From the IMG/VR virus record IMGVR_UViG_3300044707_000321, positions 635 to 64,634 of that record: a DNA stretch of 64,000 nucleotides; one strand, 5' to 3'. Within the stretch, counting starts at the first letter, position 1. Every line of letters begins with the position of its first letter. Below the pieces are notes generated by a model. The model saw only the letters and a list, made by a program, of their open reading frames with translations, was not told where the DNA came from and did not search any database. This stretch comes from a virus. Its lineage: Duplodnaviria; Caudoviricetes. A program made the position numbers and the translations under genes. This document shows, one piece after another, positions 56,501 to 64,000 of the stretch.

Positions 56501-59500
56501 TCATCAGTTTCAACGCCCGAATCCAATCCATTGAATGACAAGGATTCCGTTTTCATGGGCCGGTAACGATCAGAGAAGATTACTTGGGTTCCGTTGTAAT
56601 CATTCGTTCTCTTGTAGAGTTCGAACACCTTTTCAATCATGGTGTTTGATTTGCTCCCAGCCTCATCCTTTGCCTTGTCATCCACCAAACGCATGTCGAT
56701 TGATGCAAGTTTGCAAGCATTGTAAGTAACTAGCGGAATATGACTGTTTTCCTTCTTTTCCCGTCCATCCATGCTGTCAAAGTCGTCAATGATTCTATCG
56801 ATAATCTTTTTGTATTCGATTACCTGAGGAGTTGCCTCGACCGCAATAAGGTCAGGTTTGCCGTCTTTGATTTCGGGCCGGTTCTTTACGACCATATCCC
56901 CGCCCATCTTGACGTCTGCTCTAGTCCGGAACATCTTGTTCCACTCAGGCAAGTTAGCCAATTTCGATAGACGTTGGATGCTCTTATACTTTCCGTTGGC
57001 CCTTAGTTCTGCGCTTCTCTCTACCTCTGCGAATGTAGAAACAAACGAATCAAAGCTAGATGAACCAAACTCGGCCAATAGTTCGGGATCGATAAGGCGA
57101 ACCTGATTCCAAACTTCACCAAGGGTATTTGTTACCGGTGTGCCAGTCATCGTGAACATATTCCGGCCCTTGTTCTTTTCCTGAATAAATCGTGCTTTGG
57201 TTAATAGGCTTGTTCCTGATTCGGTGGGCGAATTATCGATGCCGGCGATATTCTTCAGCTTTGTTACGAAAGGCATCTTTTTGTAGATATGCGCCTCGTC
57301 CAGAATAATAGCGTCCACCCCTAGTTCTTGGAACGTAAGGACATCATCGACCTTGCGTTCTTGTACTCGCTTGAGTCTTTCTTCGAGCCTCTTGATCTGC
57401 TTCTCCTTCTCCTTTACGGATGGATCCTTCTTTTTAGAGATCCTGCCGTAACGACTAACCTCGTTGCTTTCACTCATGGTTTGAGCGATAGCATCCCGAA
57501 GCTCATCTATAAGCTCATAGGTGATCTTTTTTACGTATTCCGGATCGTCCTTGATCTGGTTAAAGGTTGAGTGGGCCATCACGACCGCATCCCAGTCTCC
57601 TGAGGCTATTTTCGCCACAAACTCCTTGCGCTTGCTCTTTTCGAAGTCTTTCTTACGGGCAACAAGGACACGGGAAGTCGGGGCCATTCTTCCAATCGTT
57701 CCGGCAAACTGTTCCAAAGTAGCGTTGTGGACAACGATCATCGGCTTCTTGGCTAGTCCAAGGCGACGAAGTTCCATGGTCAGAGCAGTGCCGATGACCG
57801 TTTTTCCTCCTCCAACCCCGTGAGCAATAAGCATTTTGCCGTCCTGAATAGCCCTCCAAACCACGTTCTTTTTGTCTGGATATAAGTCGTATCCCTTGGC
57901 AAGCCACGGGAATGTGAGGAATTGACCATCGTACTGACGTAACGCATGGGAGTTCCGCTTCTCGTTGTACTGTTTTGCAAGTTCTTCAGAGACTTCAGGC
58001 TTGGATGATGCGTATTGGGCGAAAGATTCCTTGATCTTCTCCATGGCAAGTTTTGCCTTTTCGGTTTCACCGGCATTCAAAACCTTCTTCTCGTCGATTG
58101 TGTCAAATACCATCGGCGTTTGCATGTTAAGTGCCATCTCAAGCAGTCGAACTCCCGACATTCTATCGGTTCCGTAGATACTTGTGGCTACTGAGGGAAG
58201 GTCTGCCATTGATCTTGCGCCCTTGCCGTCGGATCCGTAAGTAACCGTGTACCTATCTGAAGAAACATCCCCAACCCCCTTGCTATACGTGACTGTAACC
58301 CGTGTCTTGAGTATGCTTCTCCCGAAGTCAGAGATGATGTCCGTCGGGATCCAGTTCGCCCCAAGGTTCATTGATATGTCGGAGAACGGCACATCTACCG
58401 GTTGCACTTTCTTTAGTGCCTCGATGTTTGCCTCGTAACTGTTGTCTTTTTTGGCCTTTTCTTCGGCTATCTTAAGTTTCTTTCTTACGTTGCCACTCAG
58501 GTATTCTTCCTTTGTGGACACAAGGCCGGTAGCTGGATCCCTAAACCCGATACCCTTGCTAAGAATGTCGTTCTCGACCTCATCCTTTGACTTCCCAATC
58601 AATCCAGCGATGTAGTCGGTATCAAGAGTACCCTTCCAACCGAGGGATATGCCCATGGCATCCTCAACGGATGAAGCAGAAGTCGGCTCCTGCCTTGGAG
58701 TGAGGATCCGCTTTGTGAAAATATCACCCTTCGTGTAGTTCTTTTTCCTAGTCAGGAACTTCTTAACGTTCTCGGCCTTGCTATCAGACTTTACCTCATT
58801 TTCGGCTCCTATGATCCGGTAATAATCGGGATCAAAGTCTAGTAGCTTACTATTTGCATGGAATGATCCATTCCGTGCCACAAAGTTGTCATAGGCAACA
58901 TTCAGTGCCTTCCGTTGATCTTCAATCTCGGCGTCCTGAGATTCCGGATCCATTTCCATCCGATACAATTCATTTAGGGCGTCCCTGACTTGAATGAATC
59001 CCGTGGCGATAGGCCGATTTTTGGGACTAAGGATTTCTTCATCTGAGTTCTCTACTCCGGCTATCCCAAGTTTCCCGTCCTCAAGCATCGCTAGAGTGCC
59101 AACCTTCTTGCCCCGCATCGCTTCTTCGTTTGTTATTGCCTCCCGATCAACCGGCTTACTCTGGCCCATCACGTCGCCGGATAGCTTCTCTAGGGATTTG
59201 CTAAGAAGGCTTTCTAGTGTTCTTCCGTCCTGAAAAGGACGTACTGTCATCTCTTCCTTGCCACCGTACATAGATCCGTCGTTGGCAAGTCGGCCAAGAA
59301 TCATGTCTGGATTCCGGTCGAAGTACTCATTGATCTTCACTGTTCCACCGTTATCTAGTGACACTTCTTTTGTGCTTTTGAACGATTCCGGATTGAAGCT
59401 AGGCATCTTGCCGTCCGGTTTTCTGATGAAGATGATGTCCGTCGTGACCTCTGTATTGGCATTCTCGCTGAATGCAGTGTTTGGAAGTCTTACTGCTCCA

Positions 59501-62500
59501 ATCAGTTCCCCGTGATCTGCAATCCATTTTCTCTGAACCACGTTGGCGTCCAGAGTGTTGCTTGTGGTGATAAAGGCTACAACCCCGCTGGGCCGAACCT
59601 TCTCAAGTGCCTTGGCGAAGAAATAGTTATGAAGCGACAACTTAGGCGCACCCTGAGCCTCAAGCCCTGAGTCGTACATTTGAACGTTGGCGAAAGGCAC
59701 GTTAGATATTGCGAGATCGATGGAGTTGTCCGGAATGTCTGCATCTTCGAATCCTGTGATCTGAACGTCGGTTTCGGGATAGAGTTTCCGCATGATCCTT
59801 CCGGATAGAGAGTCAAGCTCGACGGCCTTTGTGTAGGACGCATCGGCCATGTCCTTAGGCATTAGCCCAAAGAAGTGACCGATCCCACCGGCGGGTTCGA
59901 GTACTGTTCCACCATTGAATCCCAACTTCCTAACCGCATCCCACATGTAGTTAATGACTTTAGGCGACGTATAGTGAGCATTAGTTGTACTTGCTTTTGC
60001 AGATCTAAACTCATCCTCGGAAAGAAGATCTTTTACTTCATTGTAATACTTCCCGTATTTCTTATTCCAGTTCTCTACGGATTTAATTTCCTCTTCGTCG
60101 TAATATCCATATCGACGCATTTCATCAATCCTGCTTGCTCGATCCGCCTTATCTTCATCCAAGGCTTGCGACAAACCACCCCAGCCAACGTATTGAGCTA
60201 GGATCTTCTTCTCTTCGGTTGTCGCATTCCTGTCCTCTGACTCAAGTTTTTTGAGTAGTTGAATTACCGATATGTTTGTCTTGAGTCTTGTTACGTCACC
60301 CTTTGGGGCAAGTATGTCCTCAGGGGTGATTTCGTGATTTCTTTCCGGCGTACCCTCCGCAGGACGTTCTACGGTAGGTTTAACTCGAACGGGCAGATTT
60401 TCTCTAGCACTGTCTTGATTACTGCCAACGCTTCCGGATTCTCCTTCGATAAGATTAGTATCTTGCGTTCCGCTTTGTACACCGTCTCCTGATCTAATTC
60501 CGCCTGTTGGCTCGACTCCGCCTCGTTGTCCGACTGAATCCATTCCATCTCCGGATACCTCTCTAGGATAAACTTCTCTAGGAGTGCCGGATTCTTGGCT
60601 AGCTGGTTGAGTTGATCGGTTGGCGTATTCGCTAAAAAGCTCATCGCTCCCTCGTAGTCCGTCCTGAGTTCGGGCGGGTTCTTCGGTTGATTGTCTTGTT
60701 CTTGGTTGTCCATATTGTTCTCCACTTTCAATACCCCCTTGTTTGCTGTTTGACAACACCGAAGCACTGCCGGTTTCGTCAAAAAGGCTTAATTGATTAG
60801 CGTCTTGAGTGTTACGACGGGGGGCTGAAAGGGCAAACTCCTTAACAACTCCAACCGCATTCTGCCATCCTGCCAACATAAGTCCTTGGGAGGTAGCATT
60901 TCCGTCAATAATTGTGTAAGTGCCGTCCCCATTATCCGCAAGGTCAATGGGTTCTCTTGGTGTAAATGTCTCTCCATTAAGGTTTGAAACCATGCGATTG
61001 ATAGCTGTTTGCCGTGGATCCGCCTTCTTTCCTGCTACAAATCCCTCATCGTTAAGCTCATTTACCGGCGAAATCAGCTTATCTAGCTTAACGACGAATG
61101 ATCCTGATGCCTTTGTATTGAAGATAATCCCAAGCGAAGCCTCGTTTTCTGACACGTTTGCCAACCTAGAACTATCGACCGTACCCCTAAAATCCTCAAC
61201 ATTTGCATAAACGATACTTTCAGGTTGCGGAACTGCGTATTTCTGGCTATTGATTGTTGTCATGCCAACAACACCTGATGATCCTTCCAGAGTTCCGGAT
61301 CTCGACGAATTGATTTCTGATCCTAAAACCAAGCTGTTCGACGTTGATGATACCCCTGTCGCAGTACTTGGAGTAAGGGCTTGGCGTTGCGATGATGTTC
61401 CGCTTACTCGATTTCCACTTGTCTCTACGTTCGAGGCTCCACGGGTAAGATCCTTGGATGCGTTTAAGCGTTTGGTGATCAAGTCCCGTGCGCCTCGCCA
61501 AACCTGATCTACTTTTCCTTGTAACTCTTCGATCTGACGTTCGATAGCTAGAACTTCTTCACTGTTTCGAATAGTTGTAGCCAAGGCTTCAAGGCTACGA
61601 ATCTTTTCGTAGAAACGATGTCCAATATCCTTAGCCAACAACATTTCGGGTAAGTTAATCTGTACTTCTGCCTCCCAATTTAATCCGTCCCACTCAATAA
61701 GAATTAACCGGTGGGCATAGCCGGTGTTCTCGGTATCCAGATAAAGGTTCTTCTTGTCTTGTGTTACTCTTGCGTATTTCTGGATTTCAGCAATCGCCTC
61801 ATCCATTTCATCCAGCGTATTGACGGAAATCGTGGCCCGAAGAATGTCTTTTGCGTCATCTGCAACTACGCCCTTCTTTTCGAAAATGATTTTCTCTGCA
61901 AGCCTCTTCATCTTTTTGGGAGATGCAACTAGCGCAATCCAGTCTCTTCCGGCAGTTACTTTTCCAATAAGATCTCTAAAGTTATCCTGTTGCTTGCTTA
62001 CGCCTTCCAAGAAACTCGCCAGTACCTTGCTTGCTCCTACTCCGTTCAGATTCACTTTATTCCCGTCCGGAAGCGTGATGTCGATGGCAGGATCACCAAC
62101 TGAAAGGATCTTCTCAAGTCTCTCTTCAAATTGGTATGCCTGAGGAGGTAAGGATGCTCCGGATGGAACCGGCTCAAGCATCTTGTTAATTAGCCCGTAT
62201 AAACCGTTTTTATGGTAGTTCGCAACGTATTGGGCGATTTTTTGCTTTTGTGGATTCTTGGAAAGATCAAGGAATGCCGAAAGTTTTCCTGCCAATGTCT
62301 CTGCGGTATTCCTTGCAGGACTACTAAGCGTCTGCGTCGAATCACCCTTAGATACGATGGATGTTGCCATTTTAAGGACATCCATAACAGTCAATGGCAG
62401 TTCTGTTTCAGGGAACATTCCGCCCCCGTAGGCTTGCCGTTCCCGTTTCATGGCTTCTGCGGAAACCGCATAGGTTCTCAGGAAGTCGCCAATCGCTCGG

Positions 62501-64000
62501 CCCGTGGGATTCTCTGCGATGGTTCTCATCATGAACTCAGTTTCGGGCGAAGCCTCAGACTCAATCCCTTGGAGTCTCCCTTGGCTTAGGAAGTCCTCCA
62601 TCTTGCCATCGTTTTCCTTGTACTTAACAAACTCTTCAACGGCCATAGTCAGGGTTGGCTTAATGTCCAATTCCCCGTCACCAAGAACCGCTAGATCCGG
62701 CCCAGCCTGTACAAGTCCGGCACGGAGTCCGATAAGACCGAGATTTTCCGCATCTTCCGCAAGAGTCGTAATGAGAGTGTCGCTACCTTGACCAAAGTTA
62801 AGGGCCATAAGTGCGCCCATAACCCTGTTCTCCATAGCCTTGCTCCAAGTACCGTTCTTGTTTCTTAACTCTCTAGGAGATCCGATTGCGTTGTAGAAAT
62901 CAGATAAAACCTTGTCGTTGCGCTTAAGAAGTATCTCTCCATTCGATCCGGCCCGTAGGTTGCTGATCAGCTTGGGATTATCGATAAACTCAAGCGCATC
63001 GTATGATGCTTGTTCCGCCACACTCATTCCCTCGATGTTCGAATCCCTAACGAATTGCCGAATCTTGCTAGGATTCTCGTCACCCTGATACATACCCACG
63101 TAGTCGGGGCGTTTCATTGTATCGACCTTTGCTATCTCCGATTCCGGTTCGCCCATCTGTCGCATCGTGTTCTTGATCTCATCCCTAAGCCCTTGAGCGT
63201 TCTTTTGGCCTAATGCTTGATCTGCCGATGGTGTCTCGGCCATTTGATAAACAAGGTTTTTGGCGTTTGTCCTGCCGTGACCGCTATAAATACGACCATC
63301 CTTACCTACAATCGTAAGACCGGTATCGGAAGTAGAAGCCGGCCTAGCCCACATCGCATGATTCGGATTCCTTGCGATCTTTAGCTCTTGTTCCCTGTTA
63401 CCCGCCCGTGTCCTGTCCCGTGGCTGAAGGTTTGTTCCAGCCGATGATTTAAGATCCCCCAATTCGACAAGTTGCCCCTGAACTGGGACGCTCATCGTAT
63501 TCTTCGGTGTGGCTACATTGTAGCTACGCCCTTGGGTTGAAATAGCGGGAGATCCTGCCAACCCACTTGCTCCGGTGGTTCCTCCCTCATTCGTTTGGCT
63601 AGCTGATCCAGTTCCAACTCCACTTCTATTCTGAGGAACAGAAGTAGGTAATCCTGTGGCGGGAACCCCTTGAACGGTTGCAGTGTCGGTTGTCTTGGCA
63701 CTGTTTCCATAGCCAATTTTCGCCCGATCCGCAGATATTTTGTTTAACGCTCCTAGCTTGTCCATTGTGCTGATGATTCGCTCTTTAGCTTCGTTGGCTA
63801 AAGGAGCGTCCATCTTGTACGCACCGGAAGTTATCGCATCTAGGATCTTTTTAAGTGCATTTATGAAGTAGGGCAAAAACTCCGGATTTGTTTGAGCCTC
63901 TTCAGTCATGAAGCCCAACACACGCTCATCCTTCTGGACAATCGCTCGTATGAACTCTTGCCCTATTTCATAATGTTCTAAATCGGTAAGCTCACCGGAG
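50551..64000 (-). CDS. Giant polyvalent virion protein (>4480 aa, 5'-truncated): DdrB-ParB, RelA/SpoT, ParB, DarB-like N6-MTase plus SNF2 helicase, sigma-70 domain, LPD38-like C-terminus
   Basis: Frame stays open to the window edge (SGELTDLEHYEIGQEFIRAIVQKDER...); domain motifs listed in the sub-features. Confidence 0.92.
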   Translation of the reverse strand, partial: SGELTDLEHYEIGQEFIRAIVQKDERVLGFMTEEAQTNPEFLPYFINALKKILDAITSGAYKMDAPLANEAKERIISTMDKLGALNKISADRAKIGYGNSAKTTDTATVQGVPATGLPTSVPQNRSGVGTGSASQTNEGGTTGASGLAGSPAISTQGRSYNVATPKNTMSVPVQGQLVELGDLKSSAGTNLQPRDRTRAGNREQELKIARNPNHAMWARPASTSDTGLTIVGKDGRIYSGHGRTNAKNLVYQMAETPSADQALGQKNAQGLRDEIKNTMRQMGEPESEIAKVDTMKRPDYVGMYQGDENPSKIRQFVRDSNIEGMSVAEQASYDALEFIDNPKLISNLRAGSNGEILLKRNDKVLSDFYNAIGSPRELRNKNGTWSKAMENRVMGALMALNFGQGSDTLITTLAEDAENLGLIGLRAGLVQAGPDLAVLGDGELDIKPTLTMAVEEFVKYKENDGKMEDFLSQGRLQGIESEASPETEFMMRTIAENPTGRAIGDFLRTYAVSAEAMKRERQAYGGGMFPETELPLTVMDVLKMATSIVSKGDSTQTLSSPARNTAETLAGKLSAFLDLSKNPQKQKIAQYVANYHKNGLYGLINKMLEPVPSGASLPPQAYQFEERLEKILSVGDPAIDITLPDGNKVNLNGVGASKVLASFLEGVSKQQDNFRDLIGKVTAGRDWIALVASPKKMKRLAEKIIFEKKGVVADDAKDILRATISVNTLDEMDEAIAEIQKYARVTQDKKNLYLDTENTGYAHRLILIEWDGLNWEAEVQINLPEMLLAKDIGHRFYEKIRSLEALATTIRNSEEVLAIERQIEELQGKVDQVWRGARDLITKRLNASKDLTRGASNVETSGNRVSGTSSQRQALTPSTATGVSSTSNSLVLGSEINSSRSGTLEGSSGVVGMTTINSQKYAVPQPESIVYANVEDFRGTVDSSRLANVSENEASLGIIFNTKASGSFVVKLDKLISPVNELNDEGFVAGKKADPRQTAINRMVSNLNGETFTPREPIDLADNGDGTYTIIDGNATSQGLMLAGWQNAVGVVKEFALSAPRRNTQDANQLSLFDETGSASVLSNSKQGGIESGEQYGQPRTRQSTEEPARTQDGLRGSDELFSEYANRSTQPASQESGTPREVYPREVSGDGMDSVGQRGGVEPTGGIRSGDGVQSGTQDTNLIEGESGSVGSNQDSARENLPVRVKPTVERPAEGTPERNHEITPEDILAPKGDVTRLKTNISVIQLLKKLESEDRNATTEEKKILAQYVGWGGLSQALDEDKADRASRIDEMRRYGYYDEEEIKSVENWNKKYGKYYNEVKDLLSEDEFRSAKASTTNAHYTSPKVINYMWDAVRKLGFNGGTVLEPAGGIGHFFGLMPKDMADASYTKAVELDSLSGRIMRKLYPETDVQITGFEDADIPDNSIDLAISNVPFANVQMYDSGLEAQGAPKLSLHNYFFAKALEKVRPSGVVAFITTSNTLDANVVQRKWIADHGELIGAVRLPNTAFSENANTEVTTDIIFIRKPDGKMPSFNPESFKSTKEVSLDNGGTVKINEYFDRNPDMILGRLANDGSMYGGKEEMTVRPFQDGRTLESLLSKSLEKLSGDVMGQSKPVDREAITNEEAMRGKKVGTLAMLEDGKLGIAGVENSDEEILSPKNRPIATGFIQVRDALNELYRMEMDPESQDAEIEDQRKALNVAYDNFVARNGSFHANSKLLDFDPDYYRIIGAENEVKSDSKAENVKKFLTRKKNYTKGDIFTKRILTPRQEPTSASSVEDAMGISLGWKGTLDTDYIAGLIGKSKDEVENDILSKGIGFRDPATGLVSTKEEYLSGNVRKKLKIAEEKAKKDNSYEANIEALKKVQPVDVPFSDISMNLGANWIPTDIISDFGRSILKTRVTVTYSKGVGDVSSDRYTVTYGSDGKGARSMADLPSVATSIYGTDRMSGVRLLEMALNMQTPMVFDTIDEKKVLNAGETEKAKLAMEKIKESFAQYASSKPEVSEELAKQYNEKRNSHALRQYDGQFLTFPWLAKGYDLYPDKKNVVWRAIQDGKMLIAHGVGGGKTVIGTALTMELRRLGLAKKPMIVVHNATLEQFAGTIGRMAPTSRVLVARKKDFEKSKRKEFVAKIASGDWDAVVMAHSTFNQIKDDPEYVKKITYELIDELRDAIAQTMSESNEVSRYGRISKKKDPSVKEKEKQIKRLEERLKRVQERKVDDVLTFQELGVDAIILDEAHIYKKMPFVTKLKNIAGIDNSPTESGTSLLTKARFIQEKNKGRNMFTMTGTPVTNTLGEVWNQVRLIDPELLAEFGSSSFDSFVSTFAEVERSAELRANGKYKSIQRLSKLANLPEWNKMFRTRADVKMGGDMVVKNRPEIKDGKPDLIAVEATPQVIEYKKIIDRIIDDFDSMDGREKKENSHIPLVTYNACKLASIDMRLVDDKAKDEAGSKSNTMIEKVFELYKRTNDYNGTQVIFSDRYRPMKTESLSFNGLDSGVETDDSEDSGMDLISGVKEEEKEEREAEFMGGFNLYTDIKEKLIKKGVKPEEIAVINDFKTDQAKEQLFEKVNNGTVRIIIGSTQKLGTGVNMQGRMIAGHNLDVPWTPAEMEQRDGRVIRQGNIHSELGIPVEIYRYGMKDTLDSALWQKLEFKERFIKQALSGKISGRVIEDDSGLLSLAEQKAILSGPMGLEKFNTETKIRELENQERAWVQSSFDAIQAGKNAELQVKAYENRLNQTREFLSEVSNWTPEPTAMIEGVALTKENDIRDAIQQYFDKRRDQAVQTGKSFPASVEAKKPLGEFTYNGTKITLSPASVDEILGEPDPKKAFKVETGVMVNGRELGSKVKSAGYVVSALRDLVKNLKSYEKQFINGMESAQETADSATIASSKAFPRKEELDGLRAKYAKIMEDYTDKGKTKRVEAEQMQLNAPALTPSKASLLSKDAMNLIEPIARSFVSPQTSLDEAIQIGRIALIKAVQGFDPNAGDFDKYAKAVVRNALKKNYSRNEATAREISMRSMNIDSPVSGESTAPLGSIIPDENQSLPSQSAITNDAQRLMQTMIDGLPVRPRTVVSAYMNGEGVSQIAEKMGISRQYALTMLNNALSVLRKRLAKVGIEETKDLISGSTREIISRLNSPLRAITREEEQAQAEYLTELARSRGLTLDQFATERIDEFLDSAKAWRQAHPIQDDEMQMLGSSTRQSKSKFRLPNNKRYEAEQFELGFMKSMMEVAEKDQTGKGDISEEGKKFVIEALAEYLASKTSLDNVAKGQIQTDKSLDKYPDLKWSFEKFGKIAQNNSIMEDIRIENNKKVKEAYKVLEQNENNRVIAFENDEGEKLLVSKAIINPEDKVGVNDFNYKQVPLTDFRNTAYRITRYTSSYGILGAIVSPTTVITPDGQSITPTSHSVFPNKTQAIMSAMGVRNPQREIHEGFKPMESLFSPTRNPDMDAVEEYMDYLGKELPETNELINKADNERNRFKITGNPTLANPAKGMGRNLVNAVDEARKDILQRRPDVIVMAEARALLANDEEGVKRMLLERAVDPSQAGLPTDVEVRSAKLLVEKLARRAMTSGDEKAQREASILAYAYRQTGSEVARSLRARIDDYKTPAERHKAFLTDLIFNPTKEIERKIKYAISPAEKSRRIQQLEAQLLNESNPTTEEELKRVRKEPDSNDILQSETAKRLAKIETALGKWGVTLADLFSGEVQVSLKTSSMIDNTLKGLNPREVKAIRMIQQRNDVSKIKRITGLKAEEIEALRQSVAEEIRQKLMPKTRRGATVEDLATEELGASASYGNQNVSEADALRQADRILSAMGLDDAYTKPNMFKRRRAKVAPAGPNFPRPELTEDGYTFDITDAIQVKRVARAIQTVESSMDDILVEMWVNSILSGAKTFIANLSSGPFSVYEMTVGRGIQSMVNLAFNDPKSASFGEFKPLVAGISPAISRAWSNAVATWYTESGFFEEDILDQPIKLLGELDRQGGVTTRGVSISGAKGRFIRIPSRLLLATDDFVKTMTAQMEVGAQAYRMGKANGLTGQEMERFIREQVNTAGSDAWIKASEKAYAYTFQTELPTIGESKNVMDVVGASARALNKFVKARPESEVGRMLLRPFQLIFPFIRTPFNLLKEGVKKSPLGLPDTLISIGRGIRFDKDGISLSSDMKPEVIENISNQLVSSMVTAVIWGMVEGDDDDDDKYIVISGSKPSKLTGQGERDLANRTLPAMTIRVGSKQFSYARIDPLATALGTTVDMIRAIKKGQQGLPPAEVLAMFQSYLMQAVESKTYMRGMDDLGNLLNGQNNVGTWTAGQLGTVLVPNLIRQPLREMDPYVRDTKTGKDTLKGIAYSVLPAPMLAPPPLRTPEGVEIKKRGNALIRAISPITFEDAPEPSKLDQFMMKYNRNNPSDPFYVSRPTASYKTLTGNDKKMTPEQYSRFTKSAGEKAKMAVAPLLGMGQTPEAKDKISSAIQKARTDARREQFGIPLKDLLKE
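54670..55170 (-). other. Sigma-70 family domain (regions 2 and 4) embedded in the giant protein
   Basis: LI..IARSF...LDEAIQIGRIALIKAVQGFDP..GDF.KYA...VRNAL (region 2); IDSPV...LG.IIPD; LP.RPR.VV...G.GVSQIAEKMGISRQ....LNNAL..LRKRL (region 4). Confidence 0.85.
56020..57900 (-). other. SNF2/SF2 helicase domain (DarB-like)
   Basis: AHGVGGGKT, LDEAH, TGTPVTN, GTGVNMQ, PWTPAEMEQRDGRVIRQGN. Confidence 0.93.
59250..60300 (-). other. N6-adenine DNA methyltransferase domain (DarB-like)
   Basis: YVGWGG, NAHYTSP, VLEPAGGIGHFFG, ELD, ISNVPF, HNYFF. Confidence 0.93.
60845..61105 (-). other. ParB/Srx-like domain of the giant protein
   Basis: REPIDL.DNGDGTYTIIDGNAT...L...GW. Confidence 0.7.
61590..61930 (-). 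other. RelA/SpoT-type nucleotidyltransferase domain of the giant protein
   Basis: K..KRL.EK, KDILRATI, TGY.H, AEVQI, GH.FYEK.R. Confidence 0.75.
62450..63525 (-). other. DdrB-like ParB domain of the giant protein
   Basis: LVEL.DL..S...LQPRDR.R...I...SGHGRT...F...SN...MS..EQA..DA. Confidence 0.75.

Larger units (their letters stand above)
1..64000. mobile_element. Temperate tailed bacteriophage genome (podovirus-like), near complete, linearised within a giant gene
   Basis: TerL, portal, scaffold, capsid, fibres, lysis, integrase/attP, RecT and replication genes all present; no host housekeeping genes; minus-strand reading frames run off both window edges. Confidence 0.95.

Noticed and set aside
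56020-60300. Restriction-modification or other host defence system
   Set aside because: MTase and helicase are domains of a phage DarB-like protein; no restriction nuclease or specificity subunit nearby
1-64000. Stop-codon reassignment (alternative genetic code)
   Set aside because: Core genes are full length under the standard code, and TAA, TAG and TGA all terminate coupled genes

Overview
The window is almost certainly a near-complete temperate tailed-phage genome, podovirus-like (no tape measure, tail tube or sheath gene seen), linearised inside one giant gene. Modules: packaging (TerL 8140-9900, putative TerS 14234-14692, portal 48407-50509); head (scaffold, N4-gp56/DUF4043-type capsid, adaptors); fibre/spike genes (33.5-38 kb); lysis (CHAP endolysin, holin-like, spanin-like); replication/recombination (initiator with internal iterons, DnaC-like loader, DUF669, VRR-NUC, PD-(D/E)XK exonuclease, RecT); lysogeny (tRNA-Ser 3' fragment as attP, tyrosine integrase, Xis-like, RHH regulator); a divergent cluster of small early genes (23-30.5 kb); and sugar-related genes (RmlC, glycosyltransferase, two DUF3431-like). 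Integrase, RHH and 3D-domain motifs resemble Verrucomicrobia-associated proteins, but the host is inference only. Most interesting observations: (1) a >4480-aa polyvalent protein (probably >5700 aa with the left-edge fragment) whose modules (DdrB-ParB, RelA/SpoT, ParB, N6-methyltransferase, SNF2 helicase and a compact sigma-70 factor) are separated by a recurring L-x-[SA]-[PS]-x-R motif; (2) a fixed-geometry promoter, TTGTTGTCA-N17-CTATDGRANNY-GTGAA, ahead of four apparently leaderless early ORFs, a candidate target for that sigma module; (3) two adjacent virion-region genes with length-matched tetrapeptide arrays, (GSTT/GSSS)n and (ENRN)n, that look like the two strands of one split giant beta-hairpin. 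All family assignments are motif recognition by eye; no database searches were run.
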